57,674 nt of DNA from NCBI GenBank assembly GCA_001644445.1, contig LSTE01000001.1, positions 1 to 57,674 on the forward strand. The letters are read 5' to 3'. The stretch is from Gammaproteobacteria bacterium SCGC AG-212-F23 (GTDB taxonomy: Bacteria; Pseudomonadota; Gammaproteobacteria; DSM-16500). Position numbers and translations under genes: made by a program. Below the pieces are notes generated by a model that saw only the letters and a program-made list of their open reading frames with translations, searched no databases and was not told the origin of the DNA. Below are positions 19,359 to 32,311 of this stretch, one piece after another; within the stretch, counting starts at the first letter, position 1, and each line of letters begins with the position of its first letter.

Positions 19359-22300
19359 ATGCAACTAAAGAAAATCAAGCTCGTCGGCTTTAAGTCGTTT
19401 GTTGATCCCACTGTTATTCTTTTACCTAGCCATTTGGTTGCGGTAGTAGGCCCTAATGGTTGCGGTAAGTCTAATATTATCGATGCCGTGTGTTGGGTCT
19501 TAGGCGAAACCTCTGCTAAGTATTTGCGTGGGTCATTGCTCACTGATGTTATTTTTAATGGTTCCAGTAGCCGCAAACCCGTAGGTCAAGCTTCCGTTGA
19601 ATTGGTTTTTGATAACCAAGATGGCTCTATTGGCGGCGAGTATGCTAGTTACACCGAAATTGCAATTAAGCGACAGATTAGTCGTGATGGTGATTCTTTT
19701 TATTTTCTTAATGGCGCGCGTTGCCGACGTAAAGACATCGTCGATATTTTCTTAGGCACAGGGTTAGGGCCACGCAGTTATTCTATCATTGGCCAAAATA
19801 TGATTTCCCGTATCATAGAGGCGAAGCCCGATGAAATGCGTGTTTATATGGAAGAAGCAGCAGGTGTTTCCAAATATAAAGAACGACGCCGCGAAACAGA
19901 AAATCGTATCCAACATACTAAAGATAATTTAGCGCGTCTAAATGATATTCAAGCAGAACTTGAAAAGCAGCTCGCGAGCCTGCAACGCCAAGCCAATGCT
20001 GCCGAGAAATTTAAAGTGCTTAAGCAACAAGAAAGAGACTTACGTGCACAATGGCAAGCTGTGCAATGGCGTGATTTAGATAACCAATCAGTAGGTTATG
20101 TTTTGCAAATTCAACAGCAAGAAACAGCGTTGGAAGCAAAACAAGCGGATGTCATTCAATTCAATCGACAGATTGATGACACAAGAGAGCAGCAAAGAAC
20201 CGCCAATGAATCCTTTCAAGAAGTACAAAAACGTTATTATACGGTAGGCAATGAAATTACCCGCATAGAGCAAGAAATACGCCACCATAAAGAACGTCAA
20301 TTACAATGGCAACAAGATTTAGAACATGTCAGACAGAATTGGGAAGCCGCTAACACCAGTCTGGAAGAAATGACAGATGAAATGCGAGAATTAGAACAAG
20401 AATACACACGCCTGCAACCTGAATCAGAAAGTTCGGCACGCAAGGTTAAGGAAGCTACGCAACATTTATCTTTACTAGAAGAAGCCATGAATACATGGCA
20501 AACGCGTTGGGATGAATTCAATCAACGTATTGCTAAGACAACGCAAGTTGCACAAGTTGAGCAGACGCGTATCCAACATTTAGAACAACGCTATGCATCT
20601 TTGCAACAACGACAGCTGAGTTTACAAAAAGAGTGTGAACATATTGATTTCAGCCAATTTAAAGAAGACATCGCTAGTCTCACACAGCAGTTATCTCATA
20701 TCTCGCAACAAACACAAGTGCACGAGACCGCGCTTATTAATAGTAGGAATGCAATCACGGAACAACAACGTATCCAACAACAAACTACGATTGAATTAGA
20801 TGAAGTCCGTAGTCAATTACAACGGTTACATGGCCAACAAGCATCATTAGAAGCATTGCAACAAACCGCATTAGGGCAGCGCGATAATAAAGTCATGCAC
20901 TGGTTGGCAGCCCATCAATTAGATAAAAATTCACGTCTTGCGCAACATATAGAAGTAGCATCTGGTTGGGAATTAGCAGTCGAAAAAGTATTAGGAACTT
21001 ATTTGCAAGCAGTTTGTGTTGACAACTTATCTGAAGTGAGTGCATTCATTGACGATTTCAAACAAGGTAATCTAGCTGTATTTTCAACAGCAGTAGCGGC
21101 GGATCATTCCATAGAAAAAAACACTGCGAATACTTTAGTTGATAAAATTAAATCTCCTTGGTCTTTAGCATCATTGTTATCCGATGTCTATGTTGCTGAA
21201 ACGCATGAACAAGCTTTTGCTCTTTGCAAAACTTTGCAGGCGCATGAATCAGTGATTACGCGTGATGGTTTGTGGATGAATCCTTCGTGGCTTAGAGTTG
21301 CACATGATGAAGATCCTGCGGCAGGTGTTTTTCAACGTGAACAAGAGTTAAAACATATTGCAGCCGTGATGGTTGAATCAACAGCGCAGCAAAACGCATT
21401 AGAAACTCGTTTGCAACAAACAGCTGATCATTTGCGAACACTAGAGCAACAAAGAGATGCATTACAACAAGCTGCCAATCAAGTGCAAACGCAATTGGCT
21501 GAAGTACGTGCGAATCAGCAAGCTAAGCAAGAACGTTTAACAGAATTAACTTCGCGTTCTGAGCAATTGCGTAATGAACTTATGGAAGCGGCAACTGAGT
21601 TGCAACAAACGCAACAAGATTTAGTTGCCGCTCGCAAGATATGGCAACAAGCTATGCAAGAGTTGGATACCGAAAATGAGCAACGCAATCATTGGCTAGC
21701 TGAGCGCGATGATTTGCGTGAACAATTGCAGACAGCAAAAACAATCATGTATCAAACCAAAGATGAAGCTCACCAAGTGGAGTTGCGTCTGCAAACTTGC
21801 AAATCACAAGAACATGCTCTGCGCCAGAATATCACCCGTATGGAGTCGCAAGTTGAACTTTTGGAAGAACGTAAATCACACTTGCAAAGCGAAGCTAATA
21901 GTTTTGCATCACTTGATGCTTTTACGACAGAATTAAATGCTGCTTTGAACCAGCGTCTCACCATTGAAGAAGAATTAAATACAGCGAGACATAAGAACGC
22001 AGAATATGATCAAGCGCTACGCGTATTGGAGAATGATCGCCATACTACGGAAACGGAAGTCGCAAAGTGTAGAGATAGACTGGAAACACTGCGTTTAGAA
22101 TGCCAATCTTATAAAGTGAAATCAGAAACATTAGTGACCCAGATTACTGAGTCAGGATTTCAGTTAGAAACATTGTTAGCAACGCTTCCAGAAGAAGCTA
22201 ATGCCGAACAATGGCATGCTGAGTTAGAACAAATCACACAACGCATTACGCGTTTAGGTGCGATCAATCTAGTCGCTATTGAAGAATATGCATCCTGTTT

Positions 22301-22868
22301 AGAACGTAAAGAATATTTGGATAAACAAACGGATGATTTGCAACAAGGGTTAGCTACTTTGGAAGATGCTATTCACAAAATTGACAAAGAAACTCGCGCT
22401 CGTTTCAAAGAAACTTTTGACAAAGTTAACGATCGTTTCCAAGAATTATTTCCGCTTATTTTTGGTGGTGGGAAAGCTAACTTGGAACTTGCCGGCGAGA
22501 ATTTATTAGATGCCGGGATTACAGTTATGGCATGTCCACCCGGCAAGCGCAACAGTACGATTCATTTGCTATCGGGTGGTGAAAAAACGTTAACTGCAAT
22601 AGCACTAGTGTTTTCTATTTTTCATTTAAATCCAGCGCCGTTTTGTCTACTCGACGAAGTTGATGCGCCATTGGATGATGTGAATATTGGACGTTTCTGT
22701 CAGTTAGTAAAAAACATGGCGGAAAAAACGCAGTTTATATTCATCAGCCATAATAAACTGGCGATTGAAATGGCAGAGCACTTGATGGGCGTTACTATGC
22801 ATGAGCCAGGTGTATCACGTCTGGTCAGTGTAGATATTCAGGAGGCAGTGAGTTTAGCAGGAGCGTAA
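19359..22868 (+). CDS. smc: Chromosome partition protein Smc
   Basis: Start MQLKKIKLVGFKSF at 19359 (the track start 19251 adds 36 non-homologous residues). Walker A GPNGCGKSN, long coiled coils, a hinge, LSGGEK and Walker B LLDEVDAPLD. Confidence 0.93.
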   Translation: MQLKKIKLVGFKSFVDPTVILLPSHLVAVVGPNGCGKSNIIDAVCWVLGETSAKYLRGSLLTDVIFNGSSSRKPVGQASVELVFDNQDGSIGGEYASYTEIAIKRQISRDGDSFYFLNGARCRRKDIVDIFLGTGLGPRSYSIIGQNMISRIIEAKPDEMRVYMEEAAGVSKYKERRRETENRIQHTKDNLARLNDIQAELEKQLASLQRQANAAEKFKVLKQQERDLRAQWQAVQWRDLDNQSVGYVLQIQQQETALEAKQADVIQFNRQIDDTREQQRTANESFQEVQKRYYTVGNEITRIEQEIRHHKERQLQWQQDLEHVRQNWEAANTSLEEMTDEMRELEQEYTRLQPESESSARKVKEATQHLSLLEEAMNTWQTRWDEFNQRIAKTTQVAQVEQTRIQHLEQRYASLQQRQLSLQKECEHIDFSQFKEDIASLTQQLSHISQQTQVHETALINSRNAITEQQRIQQQTTIELDEVRSQLQRLHGQQASLEALQQTALGQRDNKVMHWLAAHQLDKNSRLAQHIEVASGWELAVEKVLGTYLQAVCVDNLSEVSAFIDDFKQGNLAVFSTAVAADHSIEKNTANTLVDKIKSPWSLASLLSDVYVAETHEQAFALCKTLQAHESVITRDGLWMNPSWLRVAHDEDPAAGVFQREQELKHIAAVMVESTAQQNALETRLQQTADHLRTLEQQRDALQQAANQVQTQLAEVRANQQAKQERLTELTSRSEQLRNELMEAATELQQTQQDLVAARKIWQQAMQELDTENEQRNHWLAERDDLREQLQTAKTIMYQTKDEAHQVELRLQTCKSQEHALRQNITRMESQVELLEERKSHLQSEANSFASLDAFTTELNAALNQRLTIEEELNTARHKNAEYDQALRVLENDRHTTETEVAKCRDRLETLRLECQSYKVKSETLVTQITESGFQLETLLATLPEEANAEQWHAELEQITQRITRLGAINLVAIEEYASCLERKEYLDKQTDDLQQGLATLEDAIHKIDKETRARFKETFDKVNDRFQELFPLIFGGGKANLELAGENLLDAGITVMACPPGKRNSTIHLLSGGEKTLTAIALVFSIFHLNPAPFCLLDEVDAPLDDVNIGRFCQLVKNMAEKTQFIFISHNKLAIEMAEHLMGVTMHEPGVSRLVSVDIQEAVSLAGA

Positions 22869-22890
22869 GAGTCAATAGGAAGGAGGGCGT

Positions 22891-25463
<2,573 letters not shown>

Positions 25464-25474
25464 AAAAAATTTTG

Positions 25475-25710
25475 CCCCTCACCCCAACCCTCTCCCGCTG
25501 TGGGGTTCATTTTATTTCATGATAGCTAGCGGCGGGAGAGGGAGGATTGCTCGTGTACGTTAATTCTCCTGCTCTTGGGTTCATTTTATTTTATAATAGC
25601 TAGCGGCGGGAGAGGGAGGATTGCTCGTGTACATTAACTCTCCCTCTCCCGCCGCTGTGACGGTGAAAAATAAGATACCTTTCTAGCGGGAGAGGGTCGG
25701 GGTGAGGGGG
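25475..25710. repeat. Module D composite with an internal 61-bp unit duplicated at a 74-bp period
   Basis: The left end CCCCTCACCCCAACCCTCTCCCGC (25475) is matched by the right end GCGGGAGAGGGTCGGGGTGAGGGGG (to 25710). The units at 25503..25563 and 25577..25637 are near-identical direct copies. Confidence 0.9.
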
Positions 25711-25713
25711 TTA

Positions 25714-26058
25714 CTATTCTTTATTTAATAAAACCAACTCACGATTCAACGAATAATTCAGCACCGTACGGATAACCACTATAATTGCCAATAGTCCCAC
25801 CGCATAATAATCCGGCGTAGTCGTAGTTCCAATTAAATCCGCAGCAACAATAAATTCCAATCCTAGGATTAAGGTACGACCCAAATTCATTCGTATGAGA
25901 TTAATTGCTTGATTATCAGTAGACGCTTGCCCTGAAAAAATATAATAAAAATACTTTCCCAGTGCAGATAATACACCCGTGAGAATGACAACAATTGCCA
26001 AAATAGAAATAAAGCGCTGAATGAAGACTAATCCTTCATGAATCAGTTGCCAATGCAT
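25714..26058 (-). CDS. DUF1622-like small membrane protein
   Basis: 114 aa with 3-4 TM segments. The motif RMNLGRTLILGLEFIVAADLI is typical of DUF1622. Confidence 0.7.
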   Translation of the reverse strand: MHWQLIHEGLVFIQRFISILAIVVILTGVLSALGKYFYYIFSGQASTDNQAINLIRMNLGRTLILGLEFIVAADLIGTTTTPDYYAVGLLAIIVVIRTVLNYSLNRELVLLNKE

Positions 26059-26061
26059 GAA

Positions 26062-26298
26062 TTAACGTCTCCCACCACCACCGGCACGAATAGCGCCTGC
26101 TTGCGAAGAAAGTGCATCATAAGCGCGAGCCGAAGGAGCACGATAAACATAATCAGGGACATCACCACCCTCACCATAAGATGTCGTAGCCGCTGTGCCT
26201 GTAGTTGTACCACCGCTACCACCATGACCCACTGCACAGGCGGTTAAACCAAGAAAACCGATCAAGATAGTAATTTTTAAAAATAATGCTCTCATCAT
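26062..26298 (-). CDS. Gly/Thr-rich lipoprotein
   Basis: Signal peptide with lipobox LGLTAC. The mature part is rich in G/T/A. It ends 3 nt before the DUF1622 gene, so the two are likely co-transcribed. Confidence 0.6.
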   Translation of the reverse strand: MMRALFLKITILIGFLGLTACAVGHGGSGGTTTGTAATTSYGEGGDVPDYVYRAPSARAYDALSSQAGAIRAGGGGRR

Positions 26299-26407
26299 CT
26301 ATTTCCTTATTAATGAATTGAATATCATCCAGTTTAAAATATCTGCAATAAATTTTCAACGCTATTGTTTTAAAGGACATTGTTGTCTAAATATTTTTTC
26401 TTAAGCA

Positions 26408-26440
26408 GGAGATCCCCGCTAAAAGCATGCGGGGATGACG
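26408..26440. repeat. Module B hairpin, inverted orientation
   Basis: GGAGATCCCCGCTAAAAGCATGCGGGGATGACG is the reverse complement of the 13819..13850 copy, apart from a 1-nt loop difference. Confidence 0.9.
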
Positions 26441-26473
26441 GGATGTGTCTCGCAAGAAATCGCTAGTACTAGA

Positions 26474-26821
26474 TTATTTCTTTTTATCTTCATCATCTTT
26501 CACCCACGAATGCGGCATACCCGTGGGACGTGGAGCAGTATTGAAAGGGGTAGGAGAGAATGTTTGGCTGGTGCCAGGACGTCCTGATGATGATCCCGAA
26601 GAGGATGAAGAGCTGCCTTCTTTCTGTTCAAGATCAGCTTGACTAAACGTACGGATATGATCACTAAATTCATATAATTTATAAGTTGCAGTGACGCTAA
26701 AATGATTATCTTCTGCAAGCGATTTTTGGATAAATGCAATGGCATCTTTTTCTTTAGCGAAATCTTGCATAGGAGTTTCAGTATTGCGGCCAGGATATAT
26801 TTTCGTAACTTTGAAATACAT
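26474..26821 (-). CDS. Hypothetical protein with a poly-Ser/Pro-rich C-terminal half
   Basis: 115-aa ORF. It has a structured-looking N-terminal 60 aa, then EGSSSSSSGSSSGRPGTSQTFSPTPFNTAPRPTG and an acidic/basic tail. It lies 23 nt downstream of the 132-aa ORF. Confidence 0.5.
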   Translation of the reverse strand: MYFKVTKIYPGRNTETPMQDFAKEKDAIAFIQKSLAEDNHFSVTATYKLYEFSDHIRTFSQADLEQKEGSSSSSSGSSSGRPGTSQTFSPTPFNTAPRPTGMPHSWVKDDEDKKK

Positions 26822-26844
26822 GGTGTAGAATTTCCGCTATCATT

Positions 26845-27243
26845 TTAACGTTTTTTTGACGCATTTTTTGCAGCAGTGATTTGCAAAGCCTGCGCGTCAA
26901 ACCCAGGTAGTCTGGTATAATAAGTAATAAAATGATCGGCGTAAAGTTTTTCCAGTTGTGGTTTTGGCAATTTTCGTAAAGAATGTTCGCATTGATGATA
27001 CAAAGTGCTTAAACGCTCATTATTCTGTAACTCGGGCATGGCCAAGCGTAATATCTCAATGTAGATGGCGAGCTTAGCTAAATCATAATCAGTATTGCCG
27101 ATAGAGGCTTTTTTAAGCGCATTGATATTTTCATTGAGTCTTAATGTGATTGTTGCAGGAAGTTTGTCAACCGACTGTAAAATAACTCTTAATTCAGATA
27201 TTTTATCGGCGTACGCCCGCTTATCTGTCTTGATAATTGGCAT
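26845..27243 (-). CDS. Hypothetical helical protein
   Basis: 132-aa ORF with no recognisable motif. It is divergent from sdhE. Confidence 0.55.
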   Translation of the reverse strand: MPIIKTDKRAYADKISELRVILQSVDKLPATITLRLNENINALKKASIGNTDYDLAKLAIYIEILRLAMPELQNNERLSTLYHQCEHSLRKLPKPQLEKLYADHFITYYTRLPGFDAQALQITAAKNASKKR

Positions 27244-27377
27244 AATGTGTCACCCGTTCGTTTTGTAGTATTTTATAGGTCTTTTCATTAGCATACTAAA
27301 CGGGCAGATTGCTGGCAACAGGATTCAGTAATAAAATAGCATAAAAACAATATTAATGATATTTATCAAGGAGTTAT

Positions 27378-27635
27378 ATGGATAATGTCAATCTATCTCG
27401 ACTACGCTGGTCTTGTCGTCGTGGCATGTTAGAGCTAGATATTTTATTGGGAAATTTTCTCGATAAGCAGTATTTAAAATGCTCAAAAAAAGACCAAGAG
27501 ACCTTTGTTCGTCTGTTAGAAAATACGGACCAAGATTTATTTCTCTGGTTAATGGGAAAAGAAGTTCCCAACGACCCTGAATTTCGTTTATTAGTGGAGA
27601 AAATTCGTGAAGTCAGCGCGTCATCTCACACTTGA
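27378..27635 (+). CDS. sdhE: FAD assembly factor SdhE (YgfY/CptB family)
   Basis: 85 aa. RLRWSCRRGMLELDILL contains the conserved RGxxE motif. GGAG lies upstream. Confidence 0.85.
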   Translation: MDNVNLSRLRWSCRRGMLELDILLGNFLDKQYLKCSKKDQETFVRLLENTDQDLFLWLMGKEVPNDPEFRLLVEKIREVSASSHT

Positions 27636-28035
27636 ATTAAAGCCTTCGAAAATAGCTATTTTTTTGATAAGCATAGTGATTGTAAGTTCTATGTTGATAT
27701 CATTTTTATTGCTTGTTTCATGGGTGGAAAAGCTAATACTGTTATTGTTTATTTCAGGCTATGGTAGCCAAATTATGCGTAAATATGGCTTATTAACCGC
27801 TAGAAATGCAATTTTCCATTGTCGATATTCTGATGAAAATGGTTGGTATTTTTCGAGCCACGATGTGGATTTTTTTGCTGTAGATATCATGGGTGAAAGT
27901 ACGCTAACACGCTGGCTGAGCGTTTTGCGTTTTCAAATAGCAGGGGAAAAAAGTAAGCAAGCCTGTGTTATTTTTAAAGACAGTATTGCAACAAATGATT
28001 ATCGTAAAATGCTAGCCATTCTTCGTAATTATTGA
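27607..28035 (+). CDS. YgfX/CptA-like inner-membrane protein
   Basis: GTG start overlapping sdhE by 29 nt. Two adjacent TM helices are followed by a soluble domain ending ...VIFKDSIATNDYRKMLAILR. The layout matches E. coli YgfX, which also follows sdhE. Confidence 0.6.
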   Translation: MKSARHLTLELKPSKIAIFLISIVIVSSMLISFLLLVSWVEKLILLLFISGYGSQIMRKYGLLTARNAIFHCRYSDENGWYFSSHDVDFFAVDIMGESTLTRWLSVLRFQIAGEKSKQACVIFKDSIATNDYRKMLAILRNY

Positions 28036-28092
28036 TGGTGTGCCTCAGCAAAATCAGCTACTATTTAACCCTTTAACTAGCGCATTTAACGC

Positions 28093-29886
28093 ATGGAACA
28101 TATACGAAATTTTTCTATCATTGCCCATATTGATCATGGCAAATCGACGTTAGCGGACCGCTTAATTCAGCTATGCGGTGGTTTGACTGAGCGAGAAATG
28201 TCTGCGCAAGTGCTAGATTCAATGGATTTAGAGCGTGAACGTGGGATTACCATTAAAGCGCATAGCGTCACTTTGAATTATAAGGCACAGAATGGCCGTG
28301 TGTACCAATTGAATTTTATTGATACGCCGGGGCATGTGGATTTTGCTTATGAAGTTTCTCGTTCACTGGCGGCATGTGAGGGTGCGCTTTTAGTGGTTGA
28401 CGCAGGACAGGGTGTAGAAGCACAAACACTTGCGGTTTGCTACACGGCTATCGAACAAGGATTACATGTTTTGCCTGTGTTAAATAAAATTGATTTACCA
28501 CAAGCAGATCCCGATCGTGTCATTCATGAAATTGAAGAAATCATTGGTATTGAAGCACAAGATGCTTTGCGTGTTAGCGCAAAACAAGGTTTAGGCATAG
28601 AAGAATTGCTCGAAAAACTCATTACAGAAATTCCACCACCCGTAGGTGATCCCGATGCTTTATTGCAAGCATTGATTATTGATTCATGGTTCGATAGCTA
28701 TTTAGGTGTTGTATCTTTAGTGCGTGTTAAAAACGGTACCTTGCGCGTAGGCGAAAAAATGCAAGTCATGTCTACCGGTAAAAATTATGAAGTGAATGGC
28801 ATAGGCATATTCACGCCTAAACGCGAAGCAACAGGTATCTTGCGTGCGGGTGAAGTAGGTTATGTGGTCGCAGGCATCAAAGAGATTAATGGTGCGCCCG
28901 TGGGTGATACACTCACGCATGCACATAAACCTGCAGCAGAAGCACTACCTGGGTTTAAAAAAGTGAAACCACAAGTATATGCAGGATTATTTCCTGTTTC
29001 ATCCGATGACTTTCCGGCTTTTCGTGATGCTTTATCTAAACTGTGTTTGAATGATGCAGCATTATTTTTTGAACCCGAATCATCAGAAGCTTTAGGCTTT
29101 GGTTTTCGTTGCGGATTTTTAGGTATGCTACACATGGAAATTGTGCAAGAACGTTTGGAACGAGAATATAATTTAAATTTAATTACCACAGCACCTACCG
29201 TTGTTTACGAAATATTAACTACAAAAGGTGAAGTGATTACCATTGATAGTCCTTCTAAATTACCACCACCGAATGTCATTGATGAAATTCGTGAACCTAT
29301 CGCGAAAGTCAATATTTTATTGCCACAGCTTTATTTAGGCAGTGTTATTACCTTATGTACAGAAAGACGTGGTATTCAGAAAAATATTGTTTATCTAGGT
29401 AATCAAGTATCATTAACTTATGAGATACCGTTGGCTGAAGTGGTCATGGATTTTTTTGATCGATTGAAATCGGTGAGTCGTGGTTATGCTTCTTTAGATT
29501 ATAGTTTTTCATATTTTCAAGCAGCTGATTTGATTAAATTAGATTTAATGGTGAATGGTGATAAATTAGATTCTCTATCCAATATTGTGCATCGCGATCA
29601 GGCGCAGTACAAAGGTCGGAAAATCGCCGAAAAAATGCAAGAACTGATTCCAAGGCAAATGTTTGATGTAGCCATCCAAGCAGCAATAGGTGCCAATATT
29701 ATTGCGAGAACGACTGTGAAAGCATTACGTAAAAATGTATTAGCAAAATGTTATGGTGGTGATATTACTCGTAAGAAAAAATTATTAGAAAAGCAAAAAG
29801 AAGGCAAGAAACGCATGAAGCAAGTGGGTAACGTGGAGATTCCTCAGGAAGCATTTTTAGCAATTTTAAAGGTGGACAACAAATGA
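28093..29886 (+). CDS. lepA: Elongation factor 4
   Basis: G motifs [14 protein letters not shown] and NKID, plus a conserved LepA C-terminal domain. 597 aa. Confidence 0.97.
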   Translation: MEHIRNFSIIAHIDHGKSTLADRLIQLCGGLTEREMSAQVLDSMDLERERGITIKAHSVTLNYKAQNGRVYQLNFIDTPGHVDFAYEVSRSLAACEGALLVVDAGQGVEAQTLAVCYTAIEQGLHVLPVLNKIDLPQADPDRVIHEIEEIIGIEAQDALRVSAKQGLGIEELLEKLITEIPPPVGDPDALLQALIIDSWFDSYLGVVSLVRVKNGTLRVGEKMQVMSTGKNYEVNGIGIFTPKREATGILRAGEVGYVVAGIKEINGAPVGDTLTHAHKPAAEALPGFKKVKPQVYAGLFPVSSDDFPAFRDALSKLCLNDAALFFEPESSEALGFGFRCGFLGMLHMEIVQERLEREYNLNLITTAPTVVYEILTTKGEVITIDSPSKLPPPNVIDEIREPIAKVNILLPQLYLGSVITLCTERRGIQKNIVYLGNQVSLTYEIPLAEVVMDFFDRLKSVSRGYASLDYSFSYFQAADLIKLDLMVNGDKLDSLSNIVHRDQAQYKGRKIAEKMQELIPRQMFDVAIQAAIGANIIARTTVKALRKNVLAKCYGGDITRKKKLLEKQKEGKKRMKQVGNVEIPQEAFLAILKVDNK

Positions 29887-30671
29887 ATTTTGATTTTGAA
29901 TTAATATTATTTTATGCAACGTTAATTTCCGGTGTTTTGTCATTATTTGATATTGTGTTATTAGCGCCCGCGCGCAAAAAAGCAAAGGTTGAAAAGTTGC
30001 CTATGCTGATGGATTATGCGCGGTCGTTTTTTCCTGTTTTGTTGACTGTTTTTTTGTTAAGGTCATTTCTTTATGAGCCTTTTCGTATCCCTACGGGTTC
30101 ATTAAAACCAACACTGCTTGTAGGCGATTTTATTTTAGTAAACAAATTTGATTATGGTGTTCGCTTGCCCGTAGTCCATACCAAAATTTTTAATTGGAAA
30201 GAGCCAGAACGTGGTGATATTGTTGTTTTCCGCTATCCTGTGGATCCTTCTATTGATTTGATTAAACGCGTCATAGGATTGCCGGGAGATCATATTGACT
30301 ATATTAATAAAGTGATTTATGTCAATGGCAAGAAAGTATCACAAGAATTTCAAAAAGATGTAAAAGATATCAATGAACAAGGCAATTTGCTTGATCTAGT
30401 ACAAAAGCAAGAGAATTTTTTTGGTATTCGTCATGCGATTTATCAAAATCCAATCGATGTTTCTTATGATTACCATGATATTGTTGTGCCATCGGGCATG
30501 TATTTTATGATGGGTGATAATCGTGATGATAGTTTAGATAGCCGTTTTTGGGGTTTTGTACCTGAAAAAAATATTGTAGGGAAGGCGAATTTCACCTGGA
30601 TGAGTTGGAATGCGAATGATGGTTGGCTGCATAAGATTCGTTGGAATCGTATTGCTAAAAGTATTTATTAG
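29883..30671 (+). CDS. lepB: Signal peptidase I
   Basis: Contains [24 protein letters not shown] and [14 protein letters not shown]. It overlaps the lepA stop. Confidence 0.93.
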   Translation: MNFDFELILFYATLISGVLSLFDIVLLAPARKKAKVEKLPMLMDYARSFFPVLLTVFLLRSFLYEPFRIPTGSLKPTLLVGDFILVNKFDYGVRLPVVHTKIFNWKEPERGDIVVFRYPVDPSIDLIKRVIGLPGDHIDYINKVIYVNGKKVSQEFQKDVKDINEQGNLLDLVQKQENFFGIRHAIYQNPIDVSYDYHDIVVPSGMYFMMGDNRDDSLDSRFWGFVPEKNIVGKANFTWMSWNANDGWLHKIRWNRIAKSIY

Positions 30672-30682
30672 GATATTTTTTT

Positions 30683-31360
30683 ATGGGCCATGAATTATAC
30701 CGCGCGTTAGGTTACACATTTAACGATGAAAAACTTTTAAAATTAGCGTTAACGCATCGCAGTAGCAATGATGAGAATAATGAGCGCTTAGAATTTTTTG
30801 GTGATTCTGTGGTTAATTTTGTGATTTCAGAAGCGGTATTTAATCGATTTCCACAGGCGCAAGAAGGTGATTTAAGTCGGTGGCGTGCATCATTGGTGAA
30901 TCGTGATACTTTAGGCGAATTGGGACGTCAATTTGACTTAGGCCGATATTTGATTTTGGGGCAAGGTGAATTAAGAAGCGGCGGTAATCAACGTTTATCA
31001 ATCATATCTTGTTGCATGGAAGCAGTGATTGGTGCAATTTATTTTGATTCTGATTTAGAAACAGTGCGCAAATGTATTTTACGTTGGTATGAGCCGATAC
31101 TGAATGCGATTCCTGCGGGTGGAAGTATAAAAGATCCAAAAACGCAATTGCAAGAGCTATTGCAAGGTCGTAAGTTATCTTTACCCACTTATGCGGTTGA
31201 ATCTATCGGCGGTGAGGTGCATCAACAAATTTTTGTTGTTAATTGTTTTGTGCGTTCGTTGCAAGCTACAACAACAGGTCGAGGTGCTAGCCGACGCCGA
31301 GCTGAACAAAACGCGGCAGAACTCATGTTGGAGAAAATTAAAAACAATGCAACAAAATAA
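30683..31360 (+). CDS. rnc: Ribonuclease III
   Basis: Signature ERLEFFGDS and a C-terminal dsRBD (GRGASRRRAEQNAA). Confidence 0.95.
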   Translation: MGHELYRALGYTFNDEKLLKLALTHRSSNDENNERLEFFGDSVVNFVISEAVFNRFPQAQEGDLSRWRASLVNRDTLGELGRQFDLGRYLILGQGELRSGGNQRLSIISCCMEAVIGAIYFDSDLETVRKCILRWYEPILNAIPAGGSIKDPKTQLQELLQGRKLSLPTYAVESIGGEVHQQIFVVNCFVRSLQATTTGRGASRRRAEQNAAELMLEKIKNNATK

Positions 31361-32240
31361 TTCAAAGTGTGGTTATATTGCAATAGTTGGTAGACCTAAT
31401 GTAGGTAAATCGACGTTGTTAAATCATTTGATAGGGAAAAAAATAAGTATCATTACCCCTAAACCACAAACTACTCGCAATCAAATTTTAGGAATTAAAA
31501 CTATAGGCAATGTTCAAGCTGTTTATATCGATACACCTGGTATTCATTATACTGAAAAACGCGCCATGAATCGCTATTTAAATCGCTTAGCCAGTGCTGT
31601 TATACATGATGCTGATGTCATTGTTTTTGTGATAGAGGCTTTACATTGGAACAGAGAAGATGATTTGGTTTTGCAAAAATTAATGGATGTGAAAAAGCCG
31701 GTGATATTGGCTATTAATAAAGTAGATACTATAAAAGATAAAGCAAAACTTTTGCCTTTCATACAACGTATTCAAGATAAATTTGCATTTGCGGATATTG
31801 TGCCACTATCGGCTAAAAAATCTTTAAATACCTCATTATGTGAAGAAATTATCATGAATAAATTGCCAGAAAACCCCCATTTTTTTTCGGAGGAACAGTT
31901 CACTGATAAAAGTGAATTTTTTCAAGCGGCTGAAATTATTCGCGAAAAATTAATTCAAGCAACAGAGCAAGAGTTACCCTATAGTACAACAGTTACCATT
32001 GATGAATTTAAGCAAAGTAGTAAACGCTTAGAAATCAGTGCTATTATTTGGGTAGAACGCGAAGGACAAAAAGCGATTGTGATTGGTAAGGGTGGATTAT
32101 TACTCAAAAAAATTGGCACACAAGCGCGTAAAGATATTGAAAAATTATTTAATAAAAATGTTTTTTTAAATCTCTGGGTCAAAGTAAAAAACGATTGGAC
32201 GGATGATGAGAAGGCTTTACAAACATTAGGATTTACATGA
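31347..32240 (+). CDS. era: GTPase Era
   Basis: Start MQQNNSKCGYIAIVGRPNVGKST at 31347, overlapping rnc by 14 nt (the track start 31191 lies inside rnc). DTPG, NKVD and a KH domain are present. Confidence 0.95.
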   Translation: MQQNNSKCGYIAIVGRPNVGKSTLLNHLIGKKISIITPKPQTTRNQILGIKTIGNVQAVYIDTPGIHYTEKRAMNRYLNRLASAVIHDADVIVFVIEALHWNREDDLVLQKLMDVKKPVILAINKVDTIKDKAKLLPFIQRIQDKFAFADIVPLSAKKSLNTSLCEEIIMNKLPENPHFFSEEQFTDKSEFFQAAEIIREKLIQATEQELPYSTTVTIDEFKQSSKRLEISAIIWVEREGQKAIVIGKGGLLLKKIGTQARKDIEKLFNKNVFLNLWVKVKNDWTDDEKALQTLGFT

Positions 32241-32311
32241 TTCACAATTGAATAACTGAAAACTGGCTGAAAGCCTGATAGCTTTAGAATATAGAGTGAT
32301 AAATTTAGAGT

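Noticed and set aside
25503-25637. Possible CRISPR-like periodic repeat
   Set aside because: There are only two units. The supposed spacer is 13 bp and belongs to the same palindromic module D. There is no leader and no cas genes, so this is not a CRISPR array.
26038-26247. ORFs on both strands overlapping the lipoprotein gene
   Set aside because: They are alternative frames of a Gly/Thr-rich (GC-rich, stop-poor) segment. The frame with a signal peptide and lipobox is the credible one.
31191-31346. N-terminal extension of era suggested by the ORF track, with similar extensions for smc (19251), the hybrid kinase (36189), arfB (46949), yhbY (47904) and the response regulator (18295)
   Set aside because: The extensions lie inside upstream genes or lack homology. 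Conserved N-termini and RBS-like sequences support the internal starts used in the feature table.
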